DNA of 41,259 bases from an uncultured Elusimicrobia bacterium (GTDB lineage: Bacteria; Elusimicrobiota; Endomicrobiia; DTEH01), in contig CAZFSG010000002.1 of assembly GCA_964521665.1 (NCBI GenBank), positions 15,825 through 57,083 of the forward strand, written 5' to 3'. The position numbers were made by a program, and so were the translations under genes. Below, piece after piece: positions 9,154 to 19,483 of the stretch. Each line of letters opens with the position of its first letter. Position 1 is the stretch's first letter. The notes beneath the pieces are model-generated. The model was not told the origin of the DNA, ran no database searches, and saw only the letters and a program-made list of their open reading frames with translations.

Positions 9154-10449
9154 TTATTCTCCGAAGAGATTCCAAATTTTTTGTATAAATTTTTTTATCC
9201 CTTTTGGTTGATTTCTTTTTTTAAAAGATTTTTTTTGATCTTCAACTTCGTATTTTATCAAACTTATAGCAGTAGTATATGAGAAGTCAGATATAATTTC
9301 TTCATCACCAACTATTGCACTTTCAACACCTATATTTCCAGCACGAACATCTATACTTTCTTCAAGTTCAGTATATTCACTTTTTAATAATTCGCGTAAT
9401 GCTTCTGTAATACCACATAAATTTCCACCACCTCCTGTAAGAATAACATCACCATATTGTAATGCGAGATCTATATAGTGAATTTTCTTAAATTCAGGAA
9501 GTATAATATCTAAAAAAATGTGTTCAATAACTCCTGCTATAATTTTAGCTAATTCTTTTCTTGTTGTAATTCTGATATTTTTACCATCTCGCGATGGTAT
9601 CTCAATTTGTTCATCTTTTTTTACTGATGACGGTTGAGCTGTACCATATCTACGTTTTAAATTTTCTGCAATGTTCCACGATGTTTTATAATAAGCAGCA
9701 ATTTCACGAGTTATAAGATCGGCACCTAAATCTATTTCTTTACTGTGAAATTCTTTGCTGTACCTTATACATCCACCTGAATAAACAACAATACCTATGG
9801 ACTGTCCACTAAAATCTATTACCAAACAACCTAAATTTCGTTCTTCTGGTTCTGTTACTAACTCCCCTAAAGAAATTAATCCATAGTGTATATTATCAAT
9901 TACATAACCAGCTTCTGAAAATGTCCGTTCAATATTTCTTATAAAACTGGAATATCCTACCACAGCATGTGCTTTTACTTCAAGAATACTACCTTCCATA
10001 TTTACAGGATTTGAAATACCTGGTTGACCATCAATAATGTATTCCTGTGGCATAATATTCATAATAAGACGATCATTTGATATTCTTAGATTTTTTATTG
10101 CATGTTCAATAACTTTTTCTCTATCTTCTAAAGTAATTGTTTTATCTGTTGAGGTAATAGGTATTTGTGCAGAAGTGTCATATGTACTGATAAATACACC
10201 CCTAACCCCCACAACAATCTTCGGTTTTTCAACCTTTGCGGTATCTTCTAATGTAGTTATAAGTTCACTGATAAGTGCTGCACTTCTATCAATATCTTTT
10301 ATTACACCAGCAGAAATTGCTTCTCTATCTACCAATTGTTTACCAGTAATAATTTCAATCACTTCTTGTTCTGGGTTATATTTCCCTAAAACACCTGTTA
10401 CACGACCCGAACCTATATCTATCCCGCAATAAATTTCTTCTTTTGTCAT
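9154..10449 (-). CDS. ftsA: Cell division protein FtsA
   Basis: GIDIGS, PQEYIIDGQ.GI.NP..MEG..LE, AENLKRRYG, ILTGGG..L.G; lies between ftsQ-like and ftsZ. Start 10449 preferred (ORF track 10467). Confidence 0.93.
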   Translation of the reverse strand: MTKEEIYCGIDIGSGRVTGVLGKYNPEQEVIEIITGKQLVDREAISAGVIKDIDRSAALISELITTLEDTAKVEKPKIVVGVRGVFISTYDTSAQIPITSTDKTITLEDREKVIEHAIKNLRISNDRLIMNIMPQEYIIDGQPGISNPVNMEGSILEVKAHAVVGYSSFIRNIERTFSEAGYVIDNIHYGLISLGELVTEPEERNLGCLVIDFSGQSIGIVVYSGGCIRYSKEFHSKEIDLGADLITREIAAYYKTSWNIAENLKRRYGTAQPSSVKKDEQIEIPSRDGKNIRITTRKELAKIIAGVIEHIFLDIILPEFKKIHYIDLALQYGDVILTGGGGNLCGITEALRELLKSEYTELEESIDVRAGNIGVESAIVGDEEIISDFSYTTAISLIKYEVEDQKKSFKKRNQPKGIKKFIQKIWNLFGE

Positions 10450-10479
10450 ATTAATTTTTATATACAAATTTTTTATTTA

Positions 10480-11226
10480 TTATTCAACATATACTCTACC
10501 ATAGGACAACAATTGTGCATAAACTTTTTTATAGTTACCAAAATTATATTTCACTAATTTTGCTAGTTGTTCTTTTTTAACATCTTTTATTTTTCTATCT
10601 AAAAAAAATAAAACTATCTTATCGTCAATACTGTTTATATAAAAAATGCATTTGTTGTTTTGCATACCAATTTTTCTGATTTTTTCCCACGCAGAGATTT
10701 CATTAAATTTTTGATATACTAATTCCAAAAACGAACCATCAATATTACCTTCTATTTTACATAGTCTGCCTATATCAATCTTTGTAGGATCATAAACTTT
10801 ATACCATCCTTTTTCACATGAAAAAAAACTGAGTTCGCCATTAGGTTCTTCTTTATATCCTATAGGAGAAAAAGCGTAGATTTTAATTTTAAGTGCATTA
10901 ATTGGTAAAATATATACAATTTTTACTTCTTTTATTTCAGGAAAAAGGTTTTTAAGATGAAAAAAAAGTTTTTTATAATTAAATATATTAAATTTTTTGT
11001 CTTCTATATACTTATATATCACATTGTCAGGTATAGTTGTACTATTCTGCAACAAATATACATGCTGAATACTTAGAATTTTAAATAGTGAGTTAACCTT
11101 TTCTGTTTTGTGATAAAGCAGAAATATAACTATAAAAATAATTATTATTGAGAGAAATTTATAGACAAATTTTATTTTTTGTTTTCTTTTATTTCTTTTT
11201 TTTGGAAAAAAATAATATTTACTCAT
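10480..11226 (-). CDS. ftsQ: Divergent FtsQ/DivIB-like bitopic cell division protein
   Basis: Basic N-tail, single TM helix, POTRA-like segment (FPEIKEVKIVYILPINALKIKI) and the canonical ddl-X-ftsA position. Confidence 0.6.
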   Translation of the reverse strand: MSKYYFFPKKRNKRKQKIKFVYKFLSIIIIFIVIFLLYHKTEKVNSLFKILSIQHVYLLQNSTTIPDNVIYKYIEDKKFNIFNYKKLFFHLKNLFPEIKEVKIVYILPINALKIKIYAFSPIGYKEEPNGELSFFSCEKGWYKVYDPTKIDIGRLCKIEGNIDGSFLELVYQKFNEISAWEKIRKIGMQNNKCIFYINSIDDKIVLFFLDRKIKDVKKEQLAKLVKYNFGNYKKVYAQLLSYGRVYVE

Positions 11227-12178
11227 ATTTTTTAAGTGAAGCGAAGACTATTTTTCTTACAAGTTCTGGAAAAGATATTCCTTGATATTTTGCTGCTTCT
11301 GGCAATAAAGATGTTTCGGTCATTCCTGGAATAGTATTTACTTCTAAAACATAAGGTATATTATTTTTTTCATCGAGTATGGTATCAATTCTACATAATA
11401 TTTCACACCCAATAATTTTAGCAGTTTTGATAGCAATATTTTTTATTCTATCATATGTTATTTTATCAATTCTTGGAGGTATTAAATGTTTTGACCCGCC
11501 AATTTGGTATTTTGATTTATAATCGTAAAATTTATTAAGTTTAGGAACAATTTCGATTAAAGGTAACACTTCACCGTTTAAAATTGGCACAGTTATTTCT
11601 TTTCCTTTTATATATTTTTCAATAATTATAGTATTGTCATATTTCCTTGCAAGTTTTATTGCAGAAAGTAAGCTTCTATAGTTATTAACAATAGAAGTAC
11701 CAATTGTAGAACCTTCTGATGTAGGTTTTATAACTAAAGGGAAACTAAAATTTTTTTCTTTGAGAAAGTTCAAATCGACTTTATTAACTTCTGTGTTATT
11801 TTCAAGATTTAATACTTTGAATTCAGGCGTTGGTATTTGATTATATTTAAGCAAAAGTTTTGTAAGATATTTATTCATCCCGATCATTGAAGGGATAATT
11901 CCACAACCTGTATATTTTAAACCTATACTTTCAAGTATTGTTTGTAACCTACCGTCTTCACCAAATTTACCATGAAGTGCAATAAAAACAATATCAACTT
12001 TTTGTTTTTTAAGTTTTAATAATTGATTAATACAATTTTCTTTTTTTATATCTACAAGAGAAACTTTAAAATCTTTCCATTTGGATAAATTTTTATACAC
12101 AGCATATCCTGTCTTTAAACTTATTTCTCGTTCTGATGAGAAGCCACCATATAAAATTGCTATTTTAATTTTCTTCAT
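11219..12178 (-). CDS. ddl: D-alanine--D-alanine ligase
   Basis: GGFSSEREISL, ALHGKFGEDG, KPTSEGSTIG, FYDYKSKY, LEVNTIPGMT. Confidence 0.96.
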   Translation of the reverse strand: MKKIKIAILYGGFSSEREISLKTGYAVYKNLSKWKDFKVSLVDIKKENCINQLLKLKKQKVDIVFIALHGKFGEDGRLQTILESIGLKYTGCGIIPSMIGMNKYLTKLLLKYNQIPTPEFKVLNLENNTEVNKVDLNFLKEKNFSFPLVIKPTSEGSTIGTSIVNNYRSLLSAIKLARKYDNTIIIEKYIKGKEITVPILNGEVLPLIEIVPKLNKFYDYKSKYQIGGSKHLIPPRIDKITYDRIKNIAIKTAKIIGCEILCRIDTILDEKNNIPYVLEVNTIPGMTETSLLPEAAKYQGISFPELVRKIVFASLKKYE

Positions 12179-12181
12179 AAA

Positions 12182-13108
12182 CTATAGTTCAAATCCGACA
12201 AGTGTCAATTCTGGTTGAAGTTCTATATTATATTTTTCTTTAACAACTTTTATTATATACCTTATAAGATTCGCAAAATCTTCACAAGTAGCATTGTTTT
12301 TGTTGATAATAAAATTAGCATGTTTTTCTGAAACACAAGCTCCACCAATAGAAAACCCTTTTAATCCTGCCTCTTCAATTAGTTTCGCAGCAGTTATTTC
12401 ATTTTTTTCTCCGTATGGGTTCTTAAATATACATCCAGCATTAAAAGTTCCTAAAGGTTGAGTTTTAATTCTATGAAGTAAAACTTCGTTAATACGTTTT
12501 CGTAAAAACTCGTTATCACTTTTTTTAAGTTTAAAACATCCGCTTACAATTACATACTTATTTTCCAACCCACTACTTCTATATTTAAAATTTATTTGTT
12601 CTTTATCTAATTTAATAACTCCTTCTTCGGGGCTATTTATCTTTACAACTTCTACATATTCTAAACAGTCAGAAATTGTAGATATTTTAGTTCCAGCATT
12701 CATTATTATTCCTCCTCCTACACTACCAGGAATGCCAAACAATTCTTCTAATCCTCCTAAAGAATAATCTATTGTTGTTTTTATTAACATGGATAACATT
12801 ACCGCAGAACCTGCAATAACTTTTTCACCTTCAACATTAATATAACAAAAATCTTTTTTCAATTTTATCACGATACCATCAAATCCTTGATCTGAGATTA
12901 ACATGTTTGAGCCAGCTCCTATAATTAAAACTTTCTCATTATAAAACTTTGCAATAGACAAAACATCAATGAGTTGTTCTAAGTTTTCTGTATAAATAAA
13001 ATACTTTGCTGGCCCACCTATATTTAAAGTTGTATGCTTACTTAATTTTTCATTAAATATTACGTATATATTATGTTTTTTGAATGTTTCTATAATATTA
13101 TTTCCCAT
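12182..13108 (-). CDS. murB: UDP-N-acetylmuramate dehydrogenase
   Basis: HTT..IGGPA, GAGSNML, GIPGSVGG..MNAG, YRSS, AGCIFKNP, SEKHANF. Confidence 0.96.
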   Translation of the reverse strand: MGNNIIETFKKHNIYVIFNEKLSKHTTLNIGGPAKYFIYTENLEQLIDVLSIAKFYNEKVLIIGAGSNMLISDQGFDGIVIKLKKDFCYINVEGEKVIAGSAVMLSMLIKTTIDYSLGGLEELFGIPGSVGGGIIMNAGTKISTISDCLEYVEVVKINSPEEGVIKLDKEQINFKYRSSGLENKYVIVSGCFKLKKSDNEFLRKRINEVLLHRIKTQPLGTFNAGCIFKNPYGEKNEITAAKLIEEAGLKGFSIGGACVSEKHANFIINKNNATCEDFANLIRYIIKVVKEKYNIELQPELTLVGFEL

Positions 13109-14492
13109 AATGTTTTAATAATTTTTCTGCAATTTTATAAACATCGCCAGCGCCTAAGGTTAAAACAACACATTGTTTTTCGTCTAAGTTTTTAATATAA
13201 TTAATTAATTTCTTATAACTATACATATCTACATCATACTCTCTTTTCTTAAACTCGTTATATATAATTTTTGAACTTACTCCTTTAATAGGTGGTTCAT
13301 TAGCATGATAAATTTCTGTTAAAAAAACTTTGTCTTTATATGAAAACGCTTTTGGAAATTCTTTATAAAGAATTTGTGTACGTGTATATCTATGTGGTTG
13401 AAATATAACGATAATTTTTTTATGCCCAGTTTTTAATCTTAATGTTTCTAAAGTGTAATATATTTCAGTTGGATGATGACCATAATCGTCATAAACATCT
13501 ATTAATTTATCATCAATAATTATTTGTCCTTTAAATTCGATTCTGCGGTTAATACCATTAAAACTTTCTAAAGCATCTTTTATATCAGAAAAATTAAATC
13601 CACAAACAATACCTAAAGAAGCTGTAGCTAATGCATTTAACACATTGTGAATCCCTGTTACATTCAATTTTATTTTTCCAACAACCTTGTTGTTTTTGTA
13701 TATAGAAAATTTTGATGAATCAGAATTTAATTCGATATCTTTAGCAACAAAATCGTTATCTTCTTTTTTTATTCCATAAGTGTAATATTTTCTTTTTATT
13801 TTAGATAATAAAGAACGTATATTTTGATCATCTCCATAAAGAATATTAAATCCATAAAAAGGAACTGAATTAAAATGTTGTAAAAACGCCTGCTTTAAAT
13901 TATGCATAGACTTATTATAATTATCTAAATGATCATTATCAATATTTGTACAGACAACAATATATGGAGAAAGATGTAAGAAAGAACCATCACTTTCGTC
14001 AGATTCTACAACTATGAACTTCCCTTTTCCAATTTTTGCAGAAGAACCTATGTTTTTTAATATACCACCAATAACTATTGTTGGATCGTAACCACAGTAC
14101 TGAAGTAGAAGACCTACCATAGAAGTTGTTGTTGTTTTTCCATGTGTACCACATATACTTATAGTATATTTCATTCTTGCAATTTCTGCTAACATTTCGA
14201 TCCGTGGTATTACAGGGATACCTTTTTTCTTAGCAAAAAGTATTTCAGGATTGTTTTCTTTTATTGCTGAAGAATAGACTACTACATCTACACCTTTGAT
14301 ATTAGTTGCTTTGTGGCCATTAAAAACTTTAGCTCCTAAACTTACTAACCTATCTATTATAGGAGTATTTTTTATATCTGAACCAGAAACTTGATATCCT
14401 AAATTCAACAAAACTTCAGCAATACTACTCATCCCACTACCTCCAATACCTACAAGATGTATTTTTTTTACTTTATTAAAAATTGCTTCCAT
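13098..14492 (-). CDS. murC: UDP-N-acetylmuramate--L-alanine ligase
   Basis: GIGGSGMS, GTHGKTTTT, ESDESDGSF, TNIDNDHLD, DDYGHHPTEI, FQPHRYTRT. Confidence 0.97.
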   Translation of the reverse strand: MEAIFNKVKKIHLVGIGGSGMSSIAEVLLNLGYQVSGSDIKNTPIIDRLVSLGAKVFNGHKATNIKGVDVVVYSSAIKENNPEILFAKKKGIPVIPRIEMLAEIARMKYTISICGTHGKTTTTSMVGLLLQYCGYDPTIVIGGILKNIGSSAKIGKGKFIVVESDESDGSFLHLSPYIVVCTNIDNDHLDNYNKSMHNLKQAFLQHFNSVPFYGFNILYGDDQNIRSLLSKIKRKYYTYGIKKEDNDFVAKDIELNSDSSKFSIYKNNKVVGKIKLNVTGIHNVLNALATASLGIVCGFNFSDIKDALESFNGINRRIEFKGQIIIDDKLIDVYDDYGHHPTEIYYTLETLRLKTGHKKIIVIFQPHRYTRTQILYKEFPKAFSYKDKVFLTEIYHANEPPIKGVSSKIIYNEFKKREYDVDMYSYKKLINYIKNLDEKQCVVLTLGAGDVYKIAEKLLKHYGK

Positions 14493-14494
14493 GA

Positions 14495-14887
14495 TTATTT
14501 TGATTCCCTTTTTACAACAGTTTTTATTCCCCCACGAATATTAAACTCAAGTTCTACATACAACCATTTTGGTTTCAGTAATTTATACAAATCATCAAAA
14601 ATTTTATTCACAGCAGATTCGTGTACAATATGAACATTGCGATAACTTTGAATATAATACTTTAATGATTTTAGTTCAACACAGGTTTCTTTTGGAATAT
14701 ATTTTATTTTAAGTAAAGCAAAATCAGGAAGGTTATTCCAAGGACATAAACAAGTAAATTCTTGTGTTTCAATTTCTATTATTATATCTTTTCCTTTATA
14801 TTCATACTCCATTGGTATCAATAACTCAGGAGAAACTTTATCAAATTTAACAGGTAAATTTTTTATTTTATTATACAATTTTTTCAT
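14495..14887 (-). CDS. queF: NADPH-dependent 7-cyano-7-deazaguanine (preQ0) reductase, type I
   Basis: EFTCLCP..LPDFA, QueF motif [17 protein letters not shown]. Confidence 0.93.
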   Translation of the reverse strand: MKKLYNKIKNLPVKFDKVSPELLIPMEYEYKGKDIIIEIETQEFTCLCPWNNLPDFALLKIKYIPKETCVELKSLKYYIQSYRNVHIVHESAVNKIFDDLYKLLKPKWLYVELEFNIRGGIKTVVKRESK

Positions 14888-16081
14888 TTATTTAAAAACT
14901 TCAACTGCAATAAATTTTAAATATTCAGTTTCGAACTTCATAGGAAGATATATAGGATGATCTTTAGCTTGAGTTCCATAATATATTATAAAACCTTTTT
15001 GTTTATTTTTCAACATGGAAGAAAGAATTATTTTGTATGAATCTTCTAATGATATATGTCTACTACAAACAGAAAAAGATAAAATTCCGTTGTTGTTTAA
15101 CATATTCAAAATTTTAGACAAAATAAACTCATACTTCTTTTTTGCAGGATTAACATCTTTTTCAGATTTAGCATATGACGGTGGATCAAAAATTACTAAA
15201 TCAAAAATTTTTTTATTATATTTTATAAAATCTTCAATTTTTGTATTAACAAATTCAACTTCAACTTTGTTTAATTTAGCATTTTCTTTTGCAAGTTCTA
15301 TTGCATAAGATGATGAATCCACACCTACAACATTTTTAGCTCCTGATAAACTACAAAGTATTCCAAATGAACCGGTATAACAACACAAATCTAACACGGT
15401 TTTGTCTTTAGCAATAGTGGAAATATATTTTCTGTTTTCCAGTTGGTCATAATAGAAACCTGTTTTTTGTCCGTTTAAAACATCAACAATAAATTTTGCA
15501 TTTAGGTGTTGTATCGTAGTAATAAGTTTTTCACTTATTTTATTTTTTGCATAAACTATTTCTTTATTTCTTGGAGCAAATTCAAGATCTCGTTGGTAGA
15601 CATCATTATTTATAACTATAAATCGTGGATTAAACGTATCTATTAAACATTCAATAATTTCTTTTTTAAACAATTCCATTGCATATGAAAAGAACTGTAT
15701 TACAAAAATATCGTTATATCTGTCTATTACTATACCAGGTAAAAAATCACTTTCGCCATATACAATTCTACAAAATTTTATATTTATACCATATTTTTTT
15801 CTTCTTTCTACCGCATCTTTTATTCTTTTACAAAAAAATTCTTTATTAACTTTTTCTTCTTTTTTCTGTGAAAGAACTCGAACAGAAATCAATGAATGTG
15901 GGTTATAGACACCTTTACATAAAAAGTTGTTATGACGATCATAGACTTCAACATAAGAAATTTGTTTTGATAACCCAGTATGTTCTATTTCATTAGAAAA
16001 AATCCATAGAAATCCGTTTTTAATCCTATTTTTAAACTGTTTTGAAACTTTAATTTTTACAGGTTCAAGAATGTTATTCAT
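14888..16081 (-). CDS. rlmI: RlmI-family (23S m5C1962-type) PUA-domain SAM-dependent rRNA methyltransferase
   Basis: WIFSNEI, GESDFLPG..IDRY, GQKTGFYYDQ, LDLCCYTGSF, DPPSYAK, SVCS, DHP, YLK. Confidence 0.8.
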   Translation of the reverse strand: MNNILEPVKIKVSKQFKNRIKNGFLWIFSNEIEHTGLSKQISYVEVYDRHNNFLCKGVYNPHSLISVRVLSQKKEEKVNKEFFCKRIKDAVERRKKYGINIKFCRIVYGESDFLPGIVIDRYNDIFVIQFFSYAMELFKKEIIECLIDTFNPRFIVINNDVYQRDLEFAPRNKEIVYAKNKISEKLITTIQHLNAKFIVDVLNGQKTGFYYDQLENRKYISTIAKDKTVLDLCCYTGSFGILCSLSGAKNVVGVDSSSYAIELAKENAKLNKVEVEFVNTKIEDFIKYNKKIFDLVIFDPPSYAKSEKDVNPAKKKYEFILSKILNMLNNNGILSFSVCSRHISLEDSYKIILSSMLKNKQKGFIIYYGTQAKDHPIYLPMKFETEYLKFIAVEVFK

Positions 16082-16895
16082 ACCACAGCAAAAATTTTGT
16101 TTTTAATAAATTAATTTTCTTATTTAAAAATTTTTCTGCATTACCTTCATTGATTGCTATTTCAATATAACCAAACGAATTAACATATGCAACTAACTTA
16201 TGTTTTTGGACATCTGCATAACATTTTTTTAACTTAATCTCAAACATTGATTTATTTTTATACCAAATTGTAATCTTGTATTTGCCAAGTTGAGTTTTAT
16301 TTAATAATTCTTCGTTTAAAGAAGTTACAATATTTCCAAAACTATCACTGAAAAGATATTTTCCAACCACAACTTTTTTGTTGCCTACTTTTTTTATTTC
16401 ATTAATAATATTATGTAATTTCACAATTTTAGTTTTATCAAATTTTTCACAAATTTTATTAATAGATACACCTTTAGACAAATATGCACTTACTGGCGAA
16501 AAAATATCTCTTCCGTGAAAAGTATTACTTACTTTTGACAAAAACAATTTTTTGTTTGTTACTTTATACACAGAATAATTTCTCTCCTTGTTTATCACTT
16601 CTGTTATCAAACCATTATTAGGAACAATAAATATATAAGAACTTGTTTTAACTAAAATTATCTCTCTTTTACTTCCTACTGTAGGGTCAACTACACAGAC
16701 AAAAATACTTTTTTTAGGGAAATATTTATAAGATTTTGCAAGAACAATAGAGGCTTGTAAAACATTCTGTGGCCTAATATTATGACAAAGATCTATTATT
16801 TCTACGTCGGGATTTATAGTTTTTATAACACCTTTCATTTGTCCAACATAAAAATCATTATTAAAATCTGTCAATAAAACAATAAATTTTTTCAT
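16074..16895 (-). CDS. DUF62 SAM hydroxide adenosyltransferase (SAM hydrolase; fluorinase/chlorinase superfamily)
   Basis: LLTDF, IIDLCHNI, VVDPTVGSKR, PNNGL, SNTFHGRDIFSP, DSFGN, IEIAINEGNA. Confidence 0.9.
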   Translation of the reverse strand: MKKFIVLLTDFNNDFYVGQMKGVIKTINPDVEIIDLCHNIRPQNVLQASIVLAKSYKYFPKKSIFVCVVDPTVGSKREIILVKTSSYIFIVPNNGLITEVINKERNYSVYKVTNKKLFLSKVSNTFHGRDIFSPVSAYLSKGVSINKICEKFDKTKIVKLHNIINEIKKVGNKKVVVGKYLFSDSFGNIVTSLNEELLNKTQLGKYKITIWYKNKSMFEIKLKKCYADVQKHKLVAYVNSFGYIEIAINEGNAEKFLNKKINLLKTKFLLWYE

Positions 16896-17599
16896 CGTAT
16901 TTTATATATTATTCTATGTAATTGTGGAATTATATATATGATTGGTACATATTTTTTTGTTAACTTAAAAATTTTTGTTATATTAAAAAACAGAGTTTTA
17001 CTCTTTTTTTTTAATGAAGAAGTTTCTGGTTGTAAGACTAAACTTTTAGGCTTTGTTTTGACCAAAAACTTTTGTAATCTTTTTAACGTATAATCATTAT
17101 ATAGTTTTCTTCCACATATTGTTATTTTTATAAAAAATTCTTTATTGTTTTTTTTACATAAATTTACAATTTTTTGTGTGTTTGTTATTACGTTTTTTCT
17201 GTTAATATCATCTTCTGGAATTTTTAAATTTATTGCACACACATCTATAAAGTTTATAACATCATGAAACTGTCTAACTAAAGAAGCATTTGTTTCAAGA
17301 TAAATTTTAAAATTTTTATATTTAACAATTTCTTTTAAAAAATCTGGAAGTTGTTTTTGAAGAAGAGGTTCACCACCTGTTAAACTTATAAATTCAGGCT
17401 TATATTTTTTTAAATATTTTAAAATTTTATTAGCGAGATGTTGTGGTTCTATATTATTTTGTTTAGTAACACTTTTTGCATATTTTGTATCACAATAATA
17501 GCAATTAAGATTACATCCTGCAAACCTAATAAACAATGTTGGTGAGCCGATATAAGGACCTTCTCCTTGATAAGAAAAAAAAATTTCTTTGACGTTCAT
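16892..17599 (-). CDS. queE: 7-carboxy-7-deazaguanine synthase (radical SAM)
   Basis: EIFFSYQGEG, FIRFAGCNLNCYYCDT, TGGEPLLQ, LETN, PQLH. Confidence 0.93.
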   Translation of the reverse strand: MNVKEIFFSYQGEGPYIGSPTLFIRFAGCNLNCYYCDTKYAKSVTKQNNIEPQHLANKILKYLKKYKPEFISLTGGEPLLQKQLPDFLKEIVKYKNFKIYLETNASLVRQFHDVINFIDVCAINLKIPEDDINRKNVITNTQKIVNLCKKNNKEFFIKITICGRKLYNDYTLKRLQKFLVKTKPKSLVLQPETSSLKKKSKTLFFNITKIFKLTKKYVPIIYIIPQLHRIIYKIR

Positions 17600-18264
17600 C
17601 TTTTAGCTAAAGGATCTACAATACCAGCTTTTTTAAAACCTAATTCACGAAATTCACAAGAATCACAAATCCCACAAGGTTTCTTCCCACCTTTATAACA
17701 ACTCCATGTGTTTTCTAAAGGAACTTTTAATTTCACTGCTAACTTAACAATTTCTTCTTTTGATAAATTTATTAGCGGTGCAACAATTTTAATTTTTTTT
17801 CCACTAACACCTTTTTTTGTACCAACATTTATCATTTTTTGGAAAGCATCAACAAAAACTTTTCTGCAGTCAGGATATCCAGAAAAATCAATTTGGTTTG
17901 CTCCATAAAAAATAAAATCTGCATTTATTACTTCAGCAAGCGATGTTGCAAAAGATAAAAATATGATATTTCTTGCAGGAACATAAGTTGATGGTATTAT
18001 ATTTTTTTGTTTTTTTATAGGCAGTTTTAATTTTTTGTCAAGTAAAGAACTTCCTTTCCATGGCAAAGAAAATTTTACAATAAAATATTTTAACCCCAAA
18101 CTTTTAGCAATTTTTTTTGCGCAATTGATTTCTTTTTTATGTCTTTGTCCATAATCAAATATAAGACATACTGGATTATAACCTTTGTTTAGTACGTAAT
18201 AAAGAGTAGTTGTTGAATCTAACCCTCCTGAAAGTAAAACAATACATTTTTTATTCTTCTTCAT
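17596..18264 (-). CDS. queC: 7-cyano-7-deazaguanine synthase
   Basis: SGGLDST, YGQRH, TYVPARN, SGYPDCR, TWSCY...CGICDSC. Start 18264 preferred (ORF track 18297). Confidence 0.96.
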   Translation of the reverse strand: MKKNKKCIVLLSGGLDSTTTLYYVLNKGYNPVCLIFDYGQRHKKEINCAKKIAKSLGLKYFIVKFSLPWKGSSLLDKKLKLPIKKQKNIIPSTYVPARNIIFLSFATSLAEVINADFIFYGANQIDFSGYPDCRKVFVDAFQKMINVGTKKGVSGKKIKIVAPLINLSKEEIVKLAVKLKVPLENTWSCYKGGKKPCGICDSCEFRELGFKKAGIVDPLAKR

Positions 18265-18628
18265 AACTTGCATATTGTATTGGTGTTTCCCACACAATAA
18301 CTTTTATTTTTTCTATATTTTTATTCAAAATTTTTTCTTTTAATTTTTTGTATATATATTTTGCAATATTTTCAGCAGTAGGTTGCTCAGTTTTAAAATA
18401 AGGTAAATCGTTCAAAAATTTATGATCTAAAGAATTTAAAATTTTGTTCAAAATTTTTTTCAGTTTAACAAAATCTATTACCATTTGTTGTTTGTTCAAT
18501 CTTGTAGTTGAAACAATAACTCCTACTTTCCAATTATGCCCATGAAATTTTTCACATTTGCCTTTATACAACTTTAGTTGATGTGCAGCAGAAAAATAAC
18601 TTTCTACATATACTTCAAATTTTTCCAT
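18251..18628 (-). CDS. queD: 6-carboxy-5,6,7,8-tetrahydropterin synthase
   Basis: FSAAH, CEKFHGHNW, LDHKFLN, PTAENIA, WET. Confidence 0.94.
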   Translation of the reverse strand: MEKFEVYVESYFSAAHQLKLYKGKCEKFHGHNWKVGVIVSTTRLNKQQMVIDFVKLKKILNKILNSLDHKFLNDLPYFKTEQPTAENIAKYIYKKLKEKILNKNIEKIKVIVWETPIQYASYEEE

Positions 18629-18634
18629 AACTTT

Positions 18635-19483
18635 TTATTCAATCTTAACTTTTTTAACATATTTTATTTCTCGTTCTAACAACAAAGATCCAATTTTTCT
18701 AAAACTTTCGGGATCGTCACTGACAAAAAATTTATATTTAGGTTTATTATTAATTGTTTTCCTTATCTTTTTCTGTTCAATAATTTTTTTAACTTCTTTT
18801 GCAGTCTCTAAAGATGAATCTACAATTGAAACATCTTTACCGACAACATCTTGAATTATAGTTTTTATTGCAGGATAATGTGTACAACCTAAAACTAAAA
18901 CATCTATACCAAACTTTTTTAATGGTGTAAGGTATTCAGCTGTAAGTTGCCTCAATATATTTTCATGGTTTATTGTTTGATAGAAATCACTATTTGTAGA
19001 ACGTATTCTATCAACCCATCCTTCTTCTATCAAAGGAACAAACAGTGGTGTTGGTTGACAAAAAATTTCTGCTTTTTTACATATTTTTTTTATTGCTTTT
19101 ACATACGAGTTACTTCTTATGGTAGCTTTTGTGCCAATAACCCCAATTTTATAATTTTTTGTAGCGTTTACTGCAGCCTTAGCACCTGGTGTTACAACAT
19201 CAACTATTTCAAGATTTTTATATAACCTTTTTAATGTTGGAATAGCATAGGACGAAGATGTATTACAAGCTACTACTAAAAGTTTTATTTTATGTTGTAA
19301 TAAGAACTTAGTATTTTGTATTGAATATCTTATAATAGTCTCTTTTGATTTATTTCCGTAAGGTACTCTTGCAGTATCGCCAAAATATACTATATCTTCA
19401 TTGGGTAACAAATCAATAATTGTTTTAACAACGGTTAATCCACCAACACCTGAATCAAATATACCAATGGGTCTGTTATTCAT
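18635..19483 (-). CDS. murI: Glutamate racemase
   Basis: FDSGVGGLTV, GDTARVPYG, VACNTSS, LGCTHYP. Start 19483 (ATGAATAA overlap with amidase stop) preferred over 19528. Confidence 0.96.
   Translation of the reverse strand: MNNRPIGIFDSGVGGLTVVKTIIDLLPNEDIVYFGDTARVPYGNKSKETIIRYSIQNTKFLLQHKIKLLVVACNTSSSYAIPTLKRLYKNLEIVDVVTPGAKAAVNATKNYKIGVIGTKATIRSNSYVKAIKKICKKAEIFCQPTPLFVPLIEEGWVDRIRSTNSDFYQTINHENILRQLTAEYLTPLKKFGIDVLVLGCTHYPAIKTIIQDVVGKDVSIVDSSLETAKEVKKIIEQKKIRKTINNKPKYKFFVSDDPESFRKIGSLLLEREIKYVKKVKIE

Noticed and set aside
16074-16895. Fluorinase/chlorinase
   Set aside because: It has the DUF62 hydrolase motifs (VVDP.VG..R, TFHGRD) and no halometabolite gene context.
18629-18634. preQ1 riboswitch ahead of queD
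   Set aside because: There are only 6 nt between murI and queD, and I saw no motif.
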